DNA from: an uncultured delta proteobacterium
GTDB taxonomy: Bacteria; Desulfobacterota; Syntrophobacteria; Syntrophobacterales; Syntrophobacteraceae
Assembly (NCBI GenBank): GCA_963808625.1
Contig: CAWEHK010000028.1
Coordinates: 1-64,000, forward strand
Length of the DNA stretch: 64,000 bases
Direction: 5' to 3'
Shown in pieces: positions 24,524-36,971 of the stretch (positions are counted from its first letter, which is position 1; each line of letters begins with the position of its first letter). The position numbers and the translations under genes were made by a program. A model generated the notes under the pieces. The model made no database searches. It saw only the letters and a program-made list of their open reading frames with translations, and was not told where the DNA came from.

Positions 24524-26229
24524 TTACCGATTGAAGGCATTTCCAATATCCTTTTTTTCCTCATAATGCTGCAGGACTTCCTGGCGAAGCTCTTTTCGGA
24601 AAACCTTTCCCACCATGCTCTTGGGCAAGGACTGTCGAAATTCTACGGACCTCGGGACTTTATAGGGTGCCAGCCGGACCTTTGAGAACTGAATGATCTC
24701 CTCCTCCGTGAGGTCTTCTCCCGGCTTTATGACGATGTAGGCCTTCACAATTTCCCCGCGATAAGGATCAGGGACCCCGATGGCAACCGCATCGAGGACC
24801 TTCGGGTGTTCGTAGAGCACCTCGTCAATCTCTCGCGGATAAACATTATACCCTGACGAAATGATCATGTCTTTCTTCCGATCGACCACGAAGACATAAC
24901 CATCTTCGTCCATTCTTGCGATGTCGCCGGTGTACAGCCATCCCTCACGGAGCGTGTCGGCCGTCTCCTGCGGCAATTTCCAGTAGCCCGCCATTACCTG
25001 TGGACCCTGGATTACCAATTCGCCGATCTCACCGAAGGATTTCTCCTCGACCCCCAGGTCCAAATCAACAATCTTGCAGTCGGTATCGGGGAGGGCAATG
25101 CCAATGGAGCCGACTTTCCGATCCCCCCCAAGAGGATTGGCATGGGTGACCGGACTGGCTTCCGACAGCCCATAGCCTTCAATGATTATACACCCAGTGA
25201 GCTCTTCAAATCTCCGCAGCACCTCCACCGGCATGGGTGCCGATCCGGTAATGCAGAGCCGGATCGAGGAGAGGTCATAAGAACGCGCGCTGGGCTCAGC
25301 GACGATGGCGACAAAGATGCTCGGCACTCCGGGGAAGAGTGTTGGTCTTCTCTTCTTGAGTATCTTCAGAAATTCACGAACCTCAAAGCGAGGAACGAGG
25401 ATGACGGTGCAACCCGTGTAAAGGGGCAGGTTCATCGCCACCGTCATCCCAAAGACGTGGAAAAAGGGCAGGATCCCGAGGAACCGCTCTTCTCCCCGGC
25501 GCAGGTCCGGGACCCAGGCTTCAAGCTGCACGACATTCGATAGAAGGTTCCGATGGGACAGCATGACGCCTTTGGGTGTCCCCGTGGTGCCGCCGGTATA
25601 CTGCAAGGCCGCCAGGTCATCCAGGGCGGCAGCAAAAGGCAACGGGTGCGGTGCTGTTTTTCGAACCAATTGCGAAAAATTGAGGACCCTGTCACTGTAG
25701 GGAACCGAGGTAAAAAGCTTCTTTTGCCTGGCTTTCAAGGGATAGAGGACTTTGAGCAGGAGGGGGAGATATTCTCTTATGCTGGTGACAATGACTTTTT
25801 TGACCCCCAGTTGCGGGAGGACCCTCTCTACCTTCGGATACAGGTGATCGAGCACAATCGCAAATTCCGCTTCCGCATCACTCCACTGGAATTCTATTTC
25901 CCTTTCCACATACAGCGGATTGGTCATCACCACCACCGCTCCCACCCACAAAGTCGCATAGTAGGCGATCATGGTTTGCGGGCAGTTCGGCAGCATGATA
26001 GCCACCCGGTCTGCCGGGTTTTACTCCGAGCAGATTGAGGGCATTGGCCAATCTGAGAATTTGGTTCCAGAGGGAACCATAGGTGAGCTTGGCTCCAAAA
26101 AATTCGGTGGCGACGATGTGGGGAGAGTTGATGGCGTTTTTCTGCACGAAAAGCGGCAGACAATCGTCCGGAACACTTTATCGTATGAGGAACTCGTGGA
26201 TCGTAGTTCTTATACCAGACCCGGTCCAT
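24524..26229 (-). CDS. Long-chain fatty acid--CoA ligase (N-terminal frameshifts)
   Basis: Motifs QYTGGTTGTPKG, EGYGLSE and GWLYTGD...DRKKD. The N-terminus MDRVWYKNYD is in another frame. Confidence 0.92.
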
Positions 26230-26502
26230 CTCCTCCCCCTCGGTATCCTAACGCGGGACTTTTACATTCATCGAGGTTGACATGCTTCTCTCACACCGCA
26301 GTCGCTCATATCCCTTCGGGACGCCCGAAGACACATGAAAAGAGACTTTTCGGAGCAGAGACGCGGAGGACGCAGAGAATTTGCTGTTGCTGGTTTTTTT
26401 CTGCGCTCTCTGCGTCTCTGCGGTGTGTTTTTATTAGTCCGTCAAGGCGAAGGATCTCAGCCTAACCAAGGATGAAACACACGAGAAAGCCCCATGCGCC
26501 GG

Positions 26503-27493
26503 TTAGCTGCAGGTCGCTTTATATTGTCGCACTTCTTCCGTAAAGATGGGGATGAACTGAAACAGGTCCTCGACAATCCCATAGTCGGCTTTGCTGAAGA
26601 TGGGGGCATCGCCATCCTTGTTCACGGCCACGATAAACTTGGAGGAACCCATGCCCGCCAGGTGTTGGATCGCTCCCGAGATGCCCACCGCAACATAGAG
26701 ATTCGGGTTGACGACCTTTCCTGTCTGGCCAACCTGGTCCGAGTGCGGCCGCCATCCGGAATCAACCGCAGCGCGGGAGGCGCCCACCGCTGCCCCCAGA
26801 AGCACCGCCAGTTCCTCCAGCATCGCATAGTTGGAGCCATCCTTCATGCCTCGACCACCGGAGATGATGATGTTCGCTTCCGTAAGCTCGATTTTGCCGG
26901 AGGTGTCAAGCTCGACCCGATGGACCCATGATCGGGCCTCCGGAATGGGGACCTTGATCACCTCGAGCAGGGGCTTTTTGGTCTCATCAAACATGATACA
27001 GGACATGACGTTGGGACGGCAGGAAATAAAGGGTATGGCGCCTTCGGTCCATTCGCTCCAGGCAAAGCATTTTCCCGCAAAAATTGGCCATTTGGCCTTT
27101 ATGACTCCCTCTTCACACTGAATCTCCACCGAGTCCTGAGCGAGCCCAGCCCCCAGCCTGGCCGCCAACCGGGCTCCCAAATCCTTGCCGTTGACCGAAG
27201 CGGGCAAGATGACCACCGCCGGATCGCACTCTTTGATAATCGCCTCGGTAACGGTAACATAGGTTTCCGTCAAGTAATGCTCGAGCGCCGGGTCATCAGC
27301 CACGTAGACCGTTTCCACGCCGTAGGCTCCCAGATCAGAGGCTTTCTCCGTTACTCCCGAGCCGACGACAATCGCGCAAAGGTGCAGCTCCCAGAGCATC
27401 CGCAACCCTTCTCCCCTCACTGGCCACTTCAAAGGAAACACGGCGAAACTTCCCATCGCGGAATTCCGTGATTACGCAAACACATTTTGCCAT
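26503..27493 (-). CDS. etfA: Electron transfer flavoprotein alpha subunit (N-terminal frameshift)
   Basis: Motifs [20 protein letters not shown] and GISGAIQH. The likely true start is [10 protein letters not shown] at 27493. Confidence 0.93.
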
Positions 27494-27508
27494 GGTGTTC
27501 TCCTTCCC

Positions 27509-28306
27509 TTATATCACCTTCGCTTCTTCGTGCAGAGCGCGGACCAGTTCTCTGGCCTTGCCTTCGAGATCCAGGTCGCCATCAATAATGCGTCCCGCCG
27601 GCCTTTGCGGAGGAGGCTCCAGCGAAGTGATAAGAATCTTGGCAGAATTCCCGCCAAACTCGGCAGGATTGAGGCCAAGATCGGTCAATGATTTCATGGC
27701 AAGAGGCTTCTTCTTCGCTTTCATGATCCCGGGCAAAGAGGCGTAGCGTGGGTTCCAGATCGAATGGGAACCGCCAAAGGTGACCAGTGCCGGAAGGCTG
27801 GCCTCAAGAGTGACGATGCCCCCCTCGATGGGGCGCTTGATGGTTACGTTGGTCCCGTCCGAGTCAATGGAAACGGCCAGGGCCAGGTGAGGCCACCCCA
27901 GGAATTCAGCCATCATCGCCCCACGCTGGGCCTGGTCATAGTCAACGGCCCTCGCGCCACAGCAAATGATGTCCGGGTTCAGCTCCTTCACCGCCACCGC
28001 CATCGCCCTGACAGCCCCGAGGAGGTCCCCTTCAGCCAGGATGGGATCATCAATCAGTACGGCATCATCCGCACCCATGGCCAGCGCCGTCCGAATGGCT
28101 TCAACCACCCGCTGCGGGCCGTAGCTTACGATCGTGACCTTGCCGCCGTGTTTTTCTTTCAACCGCAGCGCCGCTTCCAGTGCAAATTCGTCATACGGAT
28201 TAATGACCCACTTGAGATCATCGGTGACGATAGACTTGCCATTGCTGGCGATGCGAATTACCGATTCAGTATCCGGAGTTTGCTTGAGCATCACCACGAT
28301 ATTCAC
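27509..28306 (-). CDS. etfB: Electron transfer flavoprotein beta subunit
   Basis: Motifs KQTPD, NPYDEFALE, ALAMGAD and PRYASLPGIMKAKKK. Confidence 0.95.
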   Translation of the reverse strand: MNIVVMLKQTPDTESVIRIASNGKSIVTDDLKWVINPYDEFALEAALRLKEKHGGKVTIVSYGPQRVVEAIRTALAMGADDAVLIDDPILAEGDLLGAVRAMAVAVKELNPDIICCGARAVDYDQAQRGAMMAEFLGWPHLALAVSIDSDGTNVTIKRPIEGGIVTLEASLPALVTFGGSHSIWNPRYASLPGIMKAKKKPLAMKSLTDLGLNPAEFGGNSAKILITSLEPPPQRPAGRIIDGDLDLEGKARELVRALHEEAKVI

Positions 28307-28477
28307 GGCCGTTCCTCCCTTTTCGCGATATTTCTGGATGAGCAGTGTTCAGGTGTCAATACCAACTGCCCGGATGATGGGTGTATACTCTCCCCATGGC
28401 ACCCATCGTCCCTTAGCACAGGACACTTCACGGATTCAAGCAGAAAGACCGGACAGATCAAAAAAGGATTGATGCGC

Positions 28478-28921
28478 TCACGCAGAAAGTCCACCAGTAC
28501 CGTTGTGGCAATGGGCGCAGTACCCTTGAAGGAGAACTTGCTGGGATGTCACTTTGAAGCCATTTCTTTCCTGGAGCGAGAGCTTCAGTTCCATCATCGG
28601 TCCATCAACATCCTGGATGGACTGACACTTCAGGCAGACCATGTGGATATGAGGAGAAGTTACGGCATCGTATCGCGCAACCTCGGTTAAGGGACTGACC
28701 TTCTGGATCAGCCCAACGTCATGGAATCGTTCGAGTGTCTTATAAACGGTGCCAAGCGAAATCATCGGGAACCGTTTTCTGACCTGTTGATAGACGGTTT
28801 CTGCACTCGGGTGTTCTTTGGTGTAAAACAGCGCCTGGTAAACGGCAAGCCGCTGGTGGGTAACCTGGAGGCCGTGTTCCCTCAGCGTCCCCATAAAGTC
28901 CTTATCTTCTCTCCCCTCCAT
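28478..28921 (-). CDS. Fur-family regulator, PerR-like
   Basis: Motifs THQRLAV, HPSAE, SLGTVYKTL, HIHMVCLKC and GYCAHC. An AGGAGG RBS precedes 28921. Confidence 0.88.
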   Translation of the reverse strand: MEGREDKDFMGTLREHGLQVTHQRLAVYQALFYTKEHPSAETVYQQVRKRFPMISLGTVYKTLERFHDVGLIQKVSPLTEVARYDAVTSPHIHMVCLKCQSIQDVDGPMMELKLSLQERNGFKVTSQQVLLQGYCAHCHNGTGGLSA

Positions 28922-28995
28922 CCTTAACCTCCTTTTCGTAACAGCGTGCTTCTCCCACGAGGGTGACCATGAACTCGTGTTCCGGCCGTTTAACC

Positions 28996-29019
28996 CTCGT
29001 AAGTGGAAATTCTTACGAG
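28996..29019. promoter_or_regulatory. Palindromic operator candidate upstream of the PerR-like gene
   Basis: Perfect 8-bp arms, CTCGTAAG-N8-CTTACGAG. Confidence 0.5.
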
Positions 29020-29128
29020 TGCAAAAATCGCAAAAAATGCCGGTCTCCGGCTCGCTCGCTCGTGGCGCAACCGGAATACGATGCAGCCAGTCAGTACATT
29101 GTTTGGATTTTATAGGGAGTAACAACCA

Positions 29129-31057
29129 TTAGGCAAGCTCTTTCGCCTTAGTAATGGTTATTTTATCGTCCGAATTTTGAGTCTTCAGCAGGGGAGGGTC
29201 GTGTGCCTTTTTCAAATAAATCAGTAGGATCCAAAGTGCTGCCGGAGTCATGCCCGGAATTCTCGAAGCCTGTCCGATGGACTTCGGCCTGATGTCCTCC
29301 AACTTTTGCCTGATCTCGTTGGAAAGACCCGGGACCTCGGCGTACGAAAGATGCTCGGGAATAGAGGTCTGCTCAAGCTTTTTGAACTTCAACACTTCCG
29401 CTTCCTGACGTCGCAGATACCCTTCATATTTGCACTCCACTTCCACCTGTTGCCGGACTGCTTTCGAAAGGGGCGTGGGAGATGGAGAGAACGTCTCAAC
29501 ATCTGCATAGCCGAGCTCCGGACGCTTGAGCAGCCGTTCCAGCGATGCCGGCTCTTGAAGCGGGGCCGATCCCCGGGCCTTGAGAAGGTCATTAACGGTC
29601 TCCGACGGCTGCAGCGACGTTCTTCGCAAACGTTTCAATTCAGCGCCTATCGCCTCCCTTCGCGCCACCAGTTCCCGGTAGGCGGAATCGGGCTGAAGTC
29701 CGAGAGCGTGGCCCTTTTCAAGGAGCCGCACATCGGCGTTGTCTTCCCTCAGCAGCAACCGATGCTCCGCTCGCGAAGTGAACATCCGGTACGGCTCATT
29801 GGTCCCCTTGGTAATGAGATCGTCCACCAGGACCGCCATATAGGCTTCCGACCGGTCCAAAACGAAAGGTGGTCGTTTCTGGACGCTTAAAGCGGCGTTG
29901 ATCCCCGCCCACAAACCTTGCGCCGCAGCCTCCTCATAACCCGAGGTGCCGTTGATCTGGCCCGCCAGGTAGAGCCCCCGTACCAGCTTGGTTTCGAGGG
30001 TGGCGAGCAGTTGCGTTGGTTGAATAAAGTCGTATTCAATGGCATACGCAGGTCTCATGACCTCTGCCGATTCCAGTCCGGCGATCGAATGAATGAGCTG
30101 CATCTGGATTTCATACGGGAGCGAGTTGCCGGTGCCGCTGGCATAGATCTCTTCCGTCTCCAAACCTTCAGGTTCCAGAATGATCTGATGGAATTCCCGG
30201 TGGGGAAATTTTATGACTTTATCCTCCAGAGACGGGCAGTAGCGGGCGGAAACCCCGGTAATGCTGCCATTGTAAAGAGGCGAAAGATGGATATGACGGC
30301 GCACCAGGCGGTGGGTCTCGGGCTGCGTTCTCCCGATAAAACACGATACCTGTGGCAAGGTGACGCCATCCGTGGTGAGTGAAAACGGCCTTGGTTCCGG
30401 ATCGCCCTCCTGCTCCTTGAACTGGCTGAAGTCGATGCTCCGCCGGCGGATGCGCGCCGGGGTCCCGGTCTTCATGCGGCCCATGCTAAACCCCAGCGCC
30501 TGCAATTGATCCGCCAGAGCATTGGCGGGGAATTCTCCCGCTCTGCCGGCCTGGATCCGGGCCGGGCCGATATGAATCAAACCGTGCAGGAAGGTCCCGG
30601 TTGCCAGGATCACGGCAGGGGCCTCAAAACATACTCCAAGCTGGTCGACAATGCCCACCACGCGACCATTTTCCACCACCAGAGACTGTGCCAGAGACTG
30701 CTTCAACTCGAGATTTGCCTGCGTTTCCAGGCCGTGTTTCATAAGAGTGCGATAGCGTACCTTGTCATTTTGTGTGCGTGTGCCGCGCACCGCCGGTCCT
30801 TTTTTGGTGTTCAGCCAGCGAAACTGGATCGCGGTCTGGTCCGTCACCCTCGCCATTTGTCCGCCCAGCGCGTCGATTTCCTTGACGAGATGCCCTTTCC
30901 CGATGCCGCCCACCGAAGGCGAGCAGGGCATGTGAGCCACCGTATCGAGAAAGATGGCCAGGGCCAGCGTGCGGCAGCCCATGCGCGCCGCCGCCAGTGC
31001 CGCTTCGCATCCCGCATGACCGGCGCCCACCACAATGACATCATAGCGCTTGGTCAT
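29129..31057 (-). CDS. mnmG: tRNA uridine 5-carboxymethylaminomethyl modification enzyme MnmG
   Basis: Motifs [19 protein letters not shown] and [17 protein letters not shown]. Confidence 0.97.
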   Translation of the reverse strand: MTKRYDVIVVGAGHAGCEAALAAARMGCRTLALAIFLDTVAHMPCSPSVGGIGKGHLVKEIDALGGQMARVTDQTAIQFRWLNTKKGPAVRGTRTQNDKVRYRTLMKHGLETQANLELKQSLAQSLVVENGRVVGIVDQLGVCFEAPAVILATGTFLHGLIHIGPARIQAGRAGEFPANALADQLQALGFSMGRMKTGTPARIRRRSIDFSQFKEQEGDPEPRPFSLTTDGVTLPQVSCFIGRTQPETHRLVRRHIHLSPLYNGSITGVSARYCPSLEDKVIKFPHREFHQIILEPEGLETEEIYASGTGNSLPYEIQMQLIHSIAGLESAEVMRPAYAIEYDFIQPTQLLATLETKLVRGLYLAGQINGTSGYEEAAAQGLWAGINAALSVQKRPPFVLDRSEAYMAVLVDDLITKGTNEPYRMFTSRAEHRLLLREDNADVRLLEKGHALGLQPDSAYRELVARREAIGAELKRLRRTSLQPSETVNDLLKARGSAPLQEPASLERLLKRPELGYADVETFSPSPTPLSKAVRQQVEVECKYEGYLRRQEAEVLKFKKLEQTSIPEHLSYAEVPGLSNEIRQKLEDIRPKSIGQASRIPGMTPAALWILLIYLKKAHDPPLLKTQNSDDKITITKAKELA

Positions 31058-31336
31058 CTCTTCAAATCCATGTCTCGAAGCTCCTCGATAATCGCGATCA
31101 ACCTTGTTGCGCCAATTCCGCCGCGCTGTGATATCATTAAAAGGGTGTCCGAAAAGTCCTTCTCCGTGCGAGACTGACGATGCGGGGCTCATTCGTATTC
31201 ACGACAAGGGCACTTACTTTCTCTTCTTAGACACGGACACGCTCGGAGATGCGGTGAACATCGCATCGTCCGCAGCGTCAATTTATCATTCAGTGCTGCG
31301 GATAAGGCAAGAGGGATCGTCAACTTTTTCAAACGG

Positions 31337-32362
31337 GTGATTCGCGACCCGGAGGCCCGCATGGCATCCTTGGTCCTTCCCAGGCCGTGGGCTGATGGTA
31401 TGGAAACTGCCGCAATGTATCGTGATTTCAGTTCTTATCTGCGCGAAGTTTTCGGGTGTCGCGTCCAGAAGATTACCATTGATGCCGGTCTGACCTGCCC
31501 GAATCGAGATGGTTCCGTTGGTTACGGCGGTTGCATCTACTGCAATGAAAGGGGTTCCGGCACGGGTGCCGCACAACAGGTGCGAAGCATCAGAGAGCAG
31601 TTGGAGGCAGGTAAGGCCATTCTTTCCAAACGTTACAAGGCCAGGAAGTTCCTTGCCTATTTTCAGGCTTTCAGCAACACCTACGCACCGCTCGCTACGC
31701 TCAGGACGCTCTATGAAGAGGCCCTCACAGTGGAAGATGTCGTAGGGCTATGCATCGGCACTCGCCCGGATTGCGCCTCGGACGAGGTGCTGGACTACCT
31801 CGAGGAGCGGTCAAAAGATCGTCTGATCTGGATCGAATATGGCTTGCAGTCCGCGAGCGACGACACCCTCGCGCGCATCAACCGAGGCCACAAGGTGAGT
31901 GCCTTCCTGGATGCAGTTCGGCGGACTCGGGCTCGTAAGCTTCCCATATGCGTTCATGTGATTCTGGGGCTCCCCGGAGAGAACCGCAACGATATGCTGG
32001 ATACGGCTCGATTTCTTGCTTCACAGGACATCCAGGCGGTGAAAATCCATTTATTATACATTGTCCGCGGGACTGTTCTCGAAGAGTGGTATCGTGCCGG
32101 GACCTTTCAGTGTCTCCGTCGCGAGGAGTATACCGCGATTGTCGCGGAGTTCCTGGCGCTGCTCCCGCCTCACGTCATCATCCAGCGCCTGACCGGTGAT
32201 CCGCATCCCCAGGAATTGGTGGCCCCCGCGTGGGCACGGGAAAAGCAGCAAAACCTCCAGGCTATCCGTACCTACATGAAAGGACATGGGCTCTATCAGG
32301 GAAAGTTCCACCGTCCCGGTTTGAGTCGCTATGATCAGGACGGCCACGAAGTGGAAGCCTGA
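31337..32362 (+). CDS. TIGR01212 (YhcC/YtqA) family radical SAM protein; start may be about 31400
   Basis: Motifs TCPNRDG...GGCIYC, GTRPDC and EYGLQS. Confidence 0.9.
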   Translation: MIRDPEARMASLVLPRPWADGMETAAMYRDFSSYLREVFGCRVQKITIDAGLTCPNRDGSVGYGGCIYCNERGSGTGAAQQVRSIREQLEAGKAILSKRYKARKFLAYFQAFSNTYAPLATLRTLYEEALTVEDVVGLCIGTRPDCASDEVLDYLEERSKDRLIWIEYGLQSASDDTLARINRGHKVSAFLDAVRRTRARKLPICVHVILGLPGENRNDMLDTARFLASQDIQAVKIHLLYIVRGTVLEEWYRAGTFQCLRREEYTAIVAEFLALLPPHVIIQRLTGDPHPQELVAPAWAREKQQNLQAIRTYMKGHGLYQGKFHRPGLSRYDQDGHEVEA

Positions 32363-32391
32363 TTGACACGGCGGGCAGAGTCAGTTAAATT
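32363..32391 (+). promoter_or_regulatory. Sigma70-type promoter upstream of gspG
   Basis: TTGACA-N17-TAAATT. Confidence 0.6.
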
Positions 32392-32505
32392 CTTTGCTGC
32401 CAATATTTCAAAACAGGCTTTCCGAAAAATGATTTTGGATTTATTGATTCACATTTTGAGAACAGCAACCCGTTTGCATGGAGAAAGGGCATGAAGGAGG
32501 ATTTG

Positions 32506-32944
32506 GTGAGACGATGCGAAGAGGAAAAATCCTTTAAAAATATCGCAACAGGGTTTTACTCTTATTGAACTTTTGATTGTCATGATTATTCTGGGACTGC
32601 TGGCGGCCCTGGTAGCCCCGAAAATGTTCCAGAAGGTTGGCTCTTCCAAGCAGAAGGCAGCTAAGGCCCAGATCTCCATGATCGGCACCGCTCTCGACGC
32701 GTACCGCCTGGATGTCGGGAGCTATCCCAACTCCGAGGAAGGTCTTGGTGCGTTGCGCAAGAATCCGGGTCACGGCGCCTGGGACGGACCGTATTTGTCC
32801 AAGGAAGTACCTAATGACCCGTGGGGGCGACCCTATGTGTACCGCGCACCGGGAGATCACGGGGACTATGACATGTACTCCCTCGGCGCCGATGGCCAGG
32901 AAGGAGGCGACGGAGAAAACGCGGATGTCCTCGGCTGGGACTAA
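32506..32944 (+). CDS. gspG: Type II secretion major pseudopilin GspG (frameshift in the leader)
   Basis: Motifs QQG|FTLIELLIV, YRLDVGSYP, WDGPYL, DPWGRPY and SLGADG. The GTG at 32506 follows AGGAGG but is out of frame across A/T runs. Confidence 0.9.
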
Positions 32945-33055
32945 GGGGCTCACCTCATTGCTCGCCTGTGACTTCTCTTCATCTTTGTTTTGGCTTGACG
33001 TTTTGATTCAGAAGTGATCATAGGAAAGGTCCAGGGCTAATACTTTTAATTTGGG

Positions 33056-33142
33056 GCGAGAGTGGCGGAACTGGTAGACGCACTGGACTTAGGATCCAGC
33101 CCTGGTGACAGGGTGGGGGTTCAACTCCCCCCTCTCGCACCA
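33056..33142 (+). tRNA. tRNA-Leu (anticodon TAG)
   Basis: Acceptor stem GCGAGAG/CTCTCGC, anticodon arm CTGGA-CTTAGGA-TCCAG, long variable arm, GGTTCAA T-loop and encoded CCA. Confidence 0.96.
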
Positions 33143-33189
33143 CGTGATCGCTAATCCTTGTTGACTATTTGTCATTTAGAGAAAGGTTT

Positions 33190-34512
33190 ATGAACGTGGA
33201 GATGAACGTTTCCGTTGTCGATCTGAGCGCAAATCAAAAGAAACTCCAAGTGCAAATTCCCGCCTTGAGGGTTCAGGAGGAACTCGACGAGAAATATCGG
33301 GAATTGGCAAAAAGCATTCGTATCAAGGGATTCAGGCCTGGCAAGGTGCCCCGCAACATCATCAAGTCCTATTACGGAAAGACCGTAGAGAGTGAACTGT
33401 CCTCACGGTTCATCCAGGAAACCTTTCAGGATGCCCTTCGCGAAGCGAATGTGAAGCCCCTCGTGGAAGCCGATGTGGACGAGGTGCGATTTGAAGACGA
33501 CGGCGCGTTTACCTATACTGCCCTCGTGGATGTTTCGCCGCCCTTTGAGCTGGAGGAATACAAGGGGCTCGCCGTTCATCGACCACCCGTTGAGATCACG
33601 GAAACGTGGGTCGCGATGGAACTGGAGCGAATCCGGCAACAGCACGCGCAACTCCGCAACCTGGAAACCGAACGACCTATTGCGGAAGGGGATGTCGTAC
33701 TGGTCGACCTGGTCCCAACGGTGGAGGGGACCGTTTTCGAGAAGGGAAAAGCCAGCGACTACATGGTTGAAGTCGGGAAGCAGGCGATTCACCCCGAGCT
33801 CGACCAGCATCTCATAGGGCATCACGCAGGAGAATCGGTGGCATGTGACCTGGACTTTCCCGACGACACGCCCATGACGGAGTTTGCCGGAAAGCGCGTC
33901 CGCTTTGACGTCACCATCAGAGAGATCAAAGAAAAGCATACTCCTGAACTTGATGACGAGTTCGCCAAGGAGGTGGGGCAGTTTGAAACGCTTGAAGGTT
34001 TGAAACAAACCGTTCGTGAGCAATTGCAGAAGCGGGAAACCGACAAGGCCACCGCCGAGGTGCAGCAGCAGATCATTGACCAACTCCTGGCAAAGGTGGA
34101 CATCGAGCTCTCCTCCAGGGTCGTCGAACGCGAAATTGACCGCCTCCTGGGGATGCTCCATTATCAATTCGAAAGCCAGGGCCTTAAAGTCGACCGCAGC
34201 CGGCTGAATACCGACGAGATCCGCGCCGATTATCGTTCGCAGGCGGAGAAGAACGTGCGCTGGCGCCTCATCTCTGAATACCTCGCCAAGCGGGAGGAGC
34301 TTGACCTCGCGGAACAGGAGTTGGAGGACGTCTACCGGGACGTGGCGCGCGTGGCACGGATGGATGTTGAGAACGTGAAGCGAGATTATGCGGAGACTGC
34401 CATAGTCACACAGGCCAAAGAGGGCAAGCTTCAGGAAAAGGTCTTAAAGATGCTGGAGGAAGCGGCTGTTTTCACGGAAGGTGCAGCAGCGAAAGCATCG
34501 GAAGAGGAGTAA
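33190..34512 (+). CDS. tig: Trigger factor
   Basis: GFRPGKVP motif, LDDEFAK, and tRNA-Leu-tig-clpPX-lon synteny. Confidence 0.95.
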   Translation: MNVEMNVSVVDLSANQKKLQVQIPALRVQEELDEKYRELAKSIRIKGFRPGKVPRNIIKSYYGKTVESELSSRFIQETFQDALREANVKPLVEADVDEVRFEDDGAFTYTALVDVSPPFELEEYKGLAVHRPPVEITETWVAMELERIRQQHAQLRNLETERPIAEGDVVLVDLVPTVEGTVFEKGKASDYMVEVGKQAIHPELDQHLIGHHAGESVACDLDFPDDTPMTEFAGKRVRFDVTIREIKEKHTPELDDEFAKEVGQFETLEGLKQTVREQLQKRETDKATAEVQQQIIDQLLAKVDIELSSRVVEREIDRLLGMLHYQFESQGLKVDRSRLNTDEIRADYRSQAEKNVRWRLISEYLAKREELDLAEQELEDVYRDVARVARMDVENVKRDYAETAIVTQAKEGKLQEKVLKMLEEAAVFTEGAAAKASEEE

Positions 34513-34515
34513 CCC

Positions 34516-35124
34516 ATGTCCCTCATCCCCATTGTCATCGAACAGAGCAGCAGGGGCGAAAGAGCTTTTGATATTTATTCACGGCTGTTGAGAGACCGCA
34601 TCATTTTTCTTGGCACAGGGATTTCCGACGAGATCGCGAACCTGATCATCGCCCAGATGCTCTTTCTCGAGTCTGAAGATCCCGACAAGGATATTCATTT
34701 TTACATCAACTCACCGGGCGGTCTTGTCACGGCGGGATTGGCAATCTATGACACCATGCAGTACATCAAGCCGGACGTGTCCACCCTGTGCATGGGACAG
34801 GCGGCAAGCATGGCTGCCGTAATCCTCGCTGCGGGCGTGAAGGGGAAACGTTATGCCCTCCCCCACGTGCGCATCATGCTTCACCAACCCATGGGCGGCT
34901 TCCAGGGTCAGGCAACCGATGTCGACATCCAGGCCAGGGAAATCCTCAGACTGCGCGAAGAACTGAATCGCATCCTGATGGACCATACCGGAAGGGGGCT
35001 GGATCAGATTCAGCGGGACACCGATCGGGATTTCTACATGTCGGGGCACCAGGCCAAAGATTACGGGATGGTCGACGAAGTCATAACCAGCAGGGCCTTC
35101 GCTCGGATCGTCTCGGGCAAATAG
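34516..35124 (+). CDS. clpP: Clp protease proteolytic subunit
   Basis: Motifs DIYSRLL, YINSPGG, QAASM and MLHQP. Confidence 0.98.
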   Translation: MSLIPIVIEQSSRGERAFDIYSRLLRDRIIFLGTGISDEIANLIIAQMLFLESEDPDKDIHFYINSPGGLVTAGLAIYDTMQYIKPDVSTLCMGQAASMAAVILAAGVKGKRYALPHVRIMLHQPMGGFQGQATDVDIQAREILRLREELNRILMDHTGRGLDQIQRDTDRDFYMSGHQAKDYGMVDEVITSRAFARIVSGK

Positions 35125-35559
35125 ATATTCCTTTCGACCCATTCGGGTTGCCTTGCGTCAGCACACGGTAGAAGGCTCGCTCTCGGGGGAACAGGTCACC
35201 TGACCTTCATTCTGATGTCGTTTGATCGGGTCCGGAAGTTTTTTCCTGCCGCTTTGTCTGGAATGAGAATTGTCTGAATCAGAAAGTGGGTCCCATCGTC
35301 CGGTTGAAACGAGTTCTCGCATTCATGCGTTGCCGACCAACCGGCCGGGCGAATTTGCGCTCGTGGGCGGCAGCAAGCCTGTCTTTCCCTCAGCGCGCTC
35401 TTGGAAATCCGGAGATGAAGGCATTTAAAGGTAGCTATGGTGCGTCTGCATGGTTATAATGTGTAAAGTCGAATAAAGAGACCACGCTTACGGAAGCGTC
35501 AGTGCGCAGAATGGGGGACCTGAAAGCGCGCTATTTTTATATGACCAAGGAGGACGTGG

Positions 35560-36813
35560 ATGGCTCGGAAGCGAGATGACCGCACGGGTGAGCTGAGATG
35601 CTCGTTTTGCGGCAAGAGTCAAGACGAAGTGAAGAAACTGATTGCCGGACCAACGGTATACATCTGTGATGAATGTGTGGAACTCTGTAACGACATCATC
35701 GCAGAGGAATACGAAAGGGAAGAATCGGCGCGCGGGACCAGCATCCCCAAACCCGTGGAAATAAAATGTATTCTTGATCAGTACGTGATCGGTCAGGATC
35801 GAGCGAAAAAGGTCCTTTCCGTAGCGGTCCACAATCATTACAAACGCATCGAGCTCAAACTCGATAAAAATGATGTGGAGTTGCAGAAGAGCAACATCCT
35901 CATGATCGGCCCCACCGGCTCAGGGAAGACGCTACTGGCGCAAACGCTCGCGCGCATTCTCAATGTCCCGTTTACGATTGCCGACGCCACGACCTTGACG
36001 GAAGCGGGCTACGTCGGTGAGGATGTGGAGAACATCCTGGTAAGCCTCATTCAGGCTGCGGACTACGATGTTGAAAAAGCCTCACGGGGCATTGTGTATA
36101 TTGACGAAATCGACAAGATCGCCAAGAAGTCCGACAGCCCGTCCATCACCCGTGACGTCTCGGGCGAAGGGGTCCAGCAGGCGCTCCTCAAGATCCTGGA
36201 GGGGACCGTAGCCAACGTCCCTCCGAAGGGAGGCCGAAAGCACCCGCAGCAGGAGTTTATCAAGATTGACACCACGAACATTCTCTTCATTGTCGGGGGC
36301 GCTTTCAACTATCTCGAGACCATCATCCAGTCGCGGATCGGGGTTAAGGGAGTGGGCTTCGGCGCACAAATACGCAGCCGGGAAGATCGCAACATCGGCG
36401 AAATTCTGGCCCAGATTCAGCCCGAGGACCTTATCAAGTTTGGCATGATTCCCGAGTTCGTGGGGCGTTTGCCGGTGATCGCCACCCTGAATGAACTTAC
36501 CGAAGATGAACTGGTGAGCATTCTGACCGAACCGAGAAATGCTTTGGTGAAGCAGTACAAAAAGCTTTTCGATTTGGAGGCCGTGCGCCTGCGGTTCACC
36601 GATGGCGCGTTGAGGGCCATAGCGAGAGGAGCAATCAAGCGGAAATCCGGAGCGCGAGGACTGCGTTCCATCATGGAAAACATCATGCTCGACATCATGT
36701 ACGACCTCCCCTCCCATCCCGAGATCCAGGAATGCATCATCAACGAAGAGGTCATCCTCAAAGGAGGAGAGCCCCTGTTGCTGTACCACGGGCAAGGCCA
36801 GGAATCGGCTTGA
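35560..36813 (+). CDS. clpX: Clp protease ATP-binding subunit ClpX
   Basis: CSFC zinc finger, [16 protein letters not shown] and RKHP. Confidence 0.98.
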   Translation: MARKRDDRTGELRCSFCGKSQDEVKKLIAGPTVYICDECVELCNDIIAEEYEREESARGTSIPKPVEIKCILDQYVIGQDRAKKVLSVAVHNHYKRIELKLDKNDVELQKSNILMIGPTGSGKTLLAQTLARILNVPFTIADATTLTEAGYVGEDVENILVSLIQAADYDVEKASRGIVYIDEIDKIAKKSDSPSITRDVSGEGVQQALLKILEGTVANVPPKGGRKHPQQEFIKIDTTNILFIVGGAFNYLETIIQSRIGVKGVGFGAQIRSREDRNIGEILAQIQPEDLIKFGMIPEFVGRLPVIATLNELTEDELVSILTEPRNALVKQYKKLFDLEAVRLRFTDGALRAIARGAIKRKSGARGLRSIMENIMLDIMYDLPSHPEIQECIINEEVILKGGEPLLLYHGQGQESA

Positions 36814-36971
36814 GGGTCTCCCAAAACGATCCGACGAGCCAAGTCAGCCAACTGCCAGGAGCTAACCACGCCAACACAACCGAGAGCTGAGAGCCAGATA
36901 AGGTGGACTTAACGTGCAGGGTGCAGGGACCCAAGGTGCAATCCTGCTCAAGATAGAGAGAAGTTGGAGCT

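Noticed and set aside
19378..27493. Pseudogene island or programmed frameshifting
   Set aside because: Motifs are intact, no consistent slippery sites are evident, and similar indels hit normally essential genes, so sequencing error is more likely.
33056..33190. Integrated element at tRNA-Leu
   Set aside because: tig follows directly, and I saw no integrase or duplicated tRNA 3' end.
35125..35559. ncRNA or riboswitch in the long clpP-clpX gap
   Set aside because: I recognised no family motif, only a TGGTTATAAT -10-like element near 35451. An Rfam scan would be needed.
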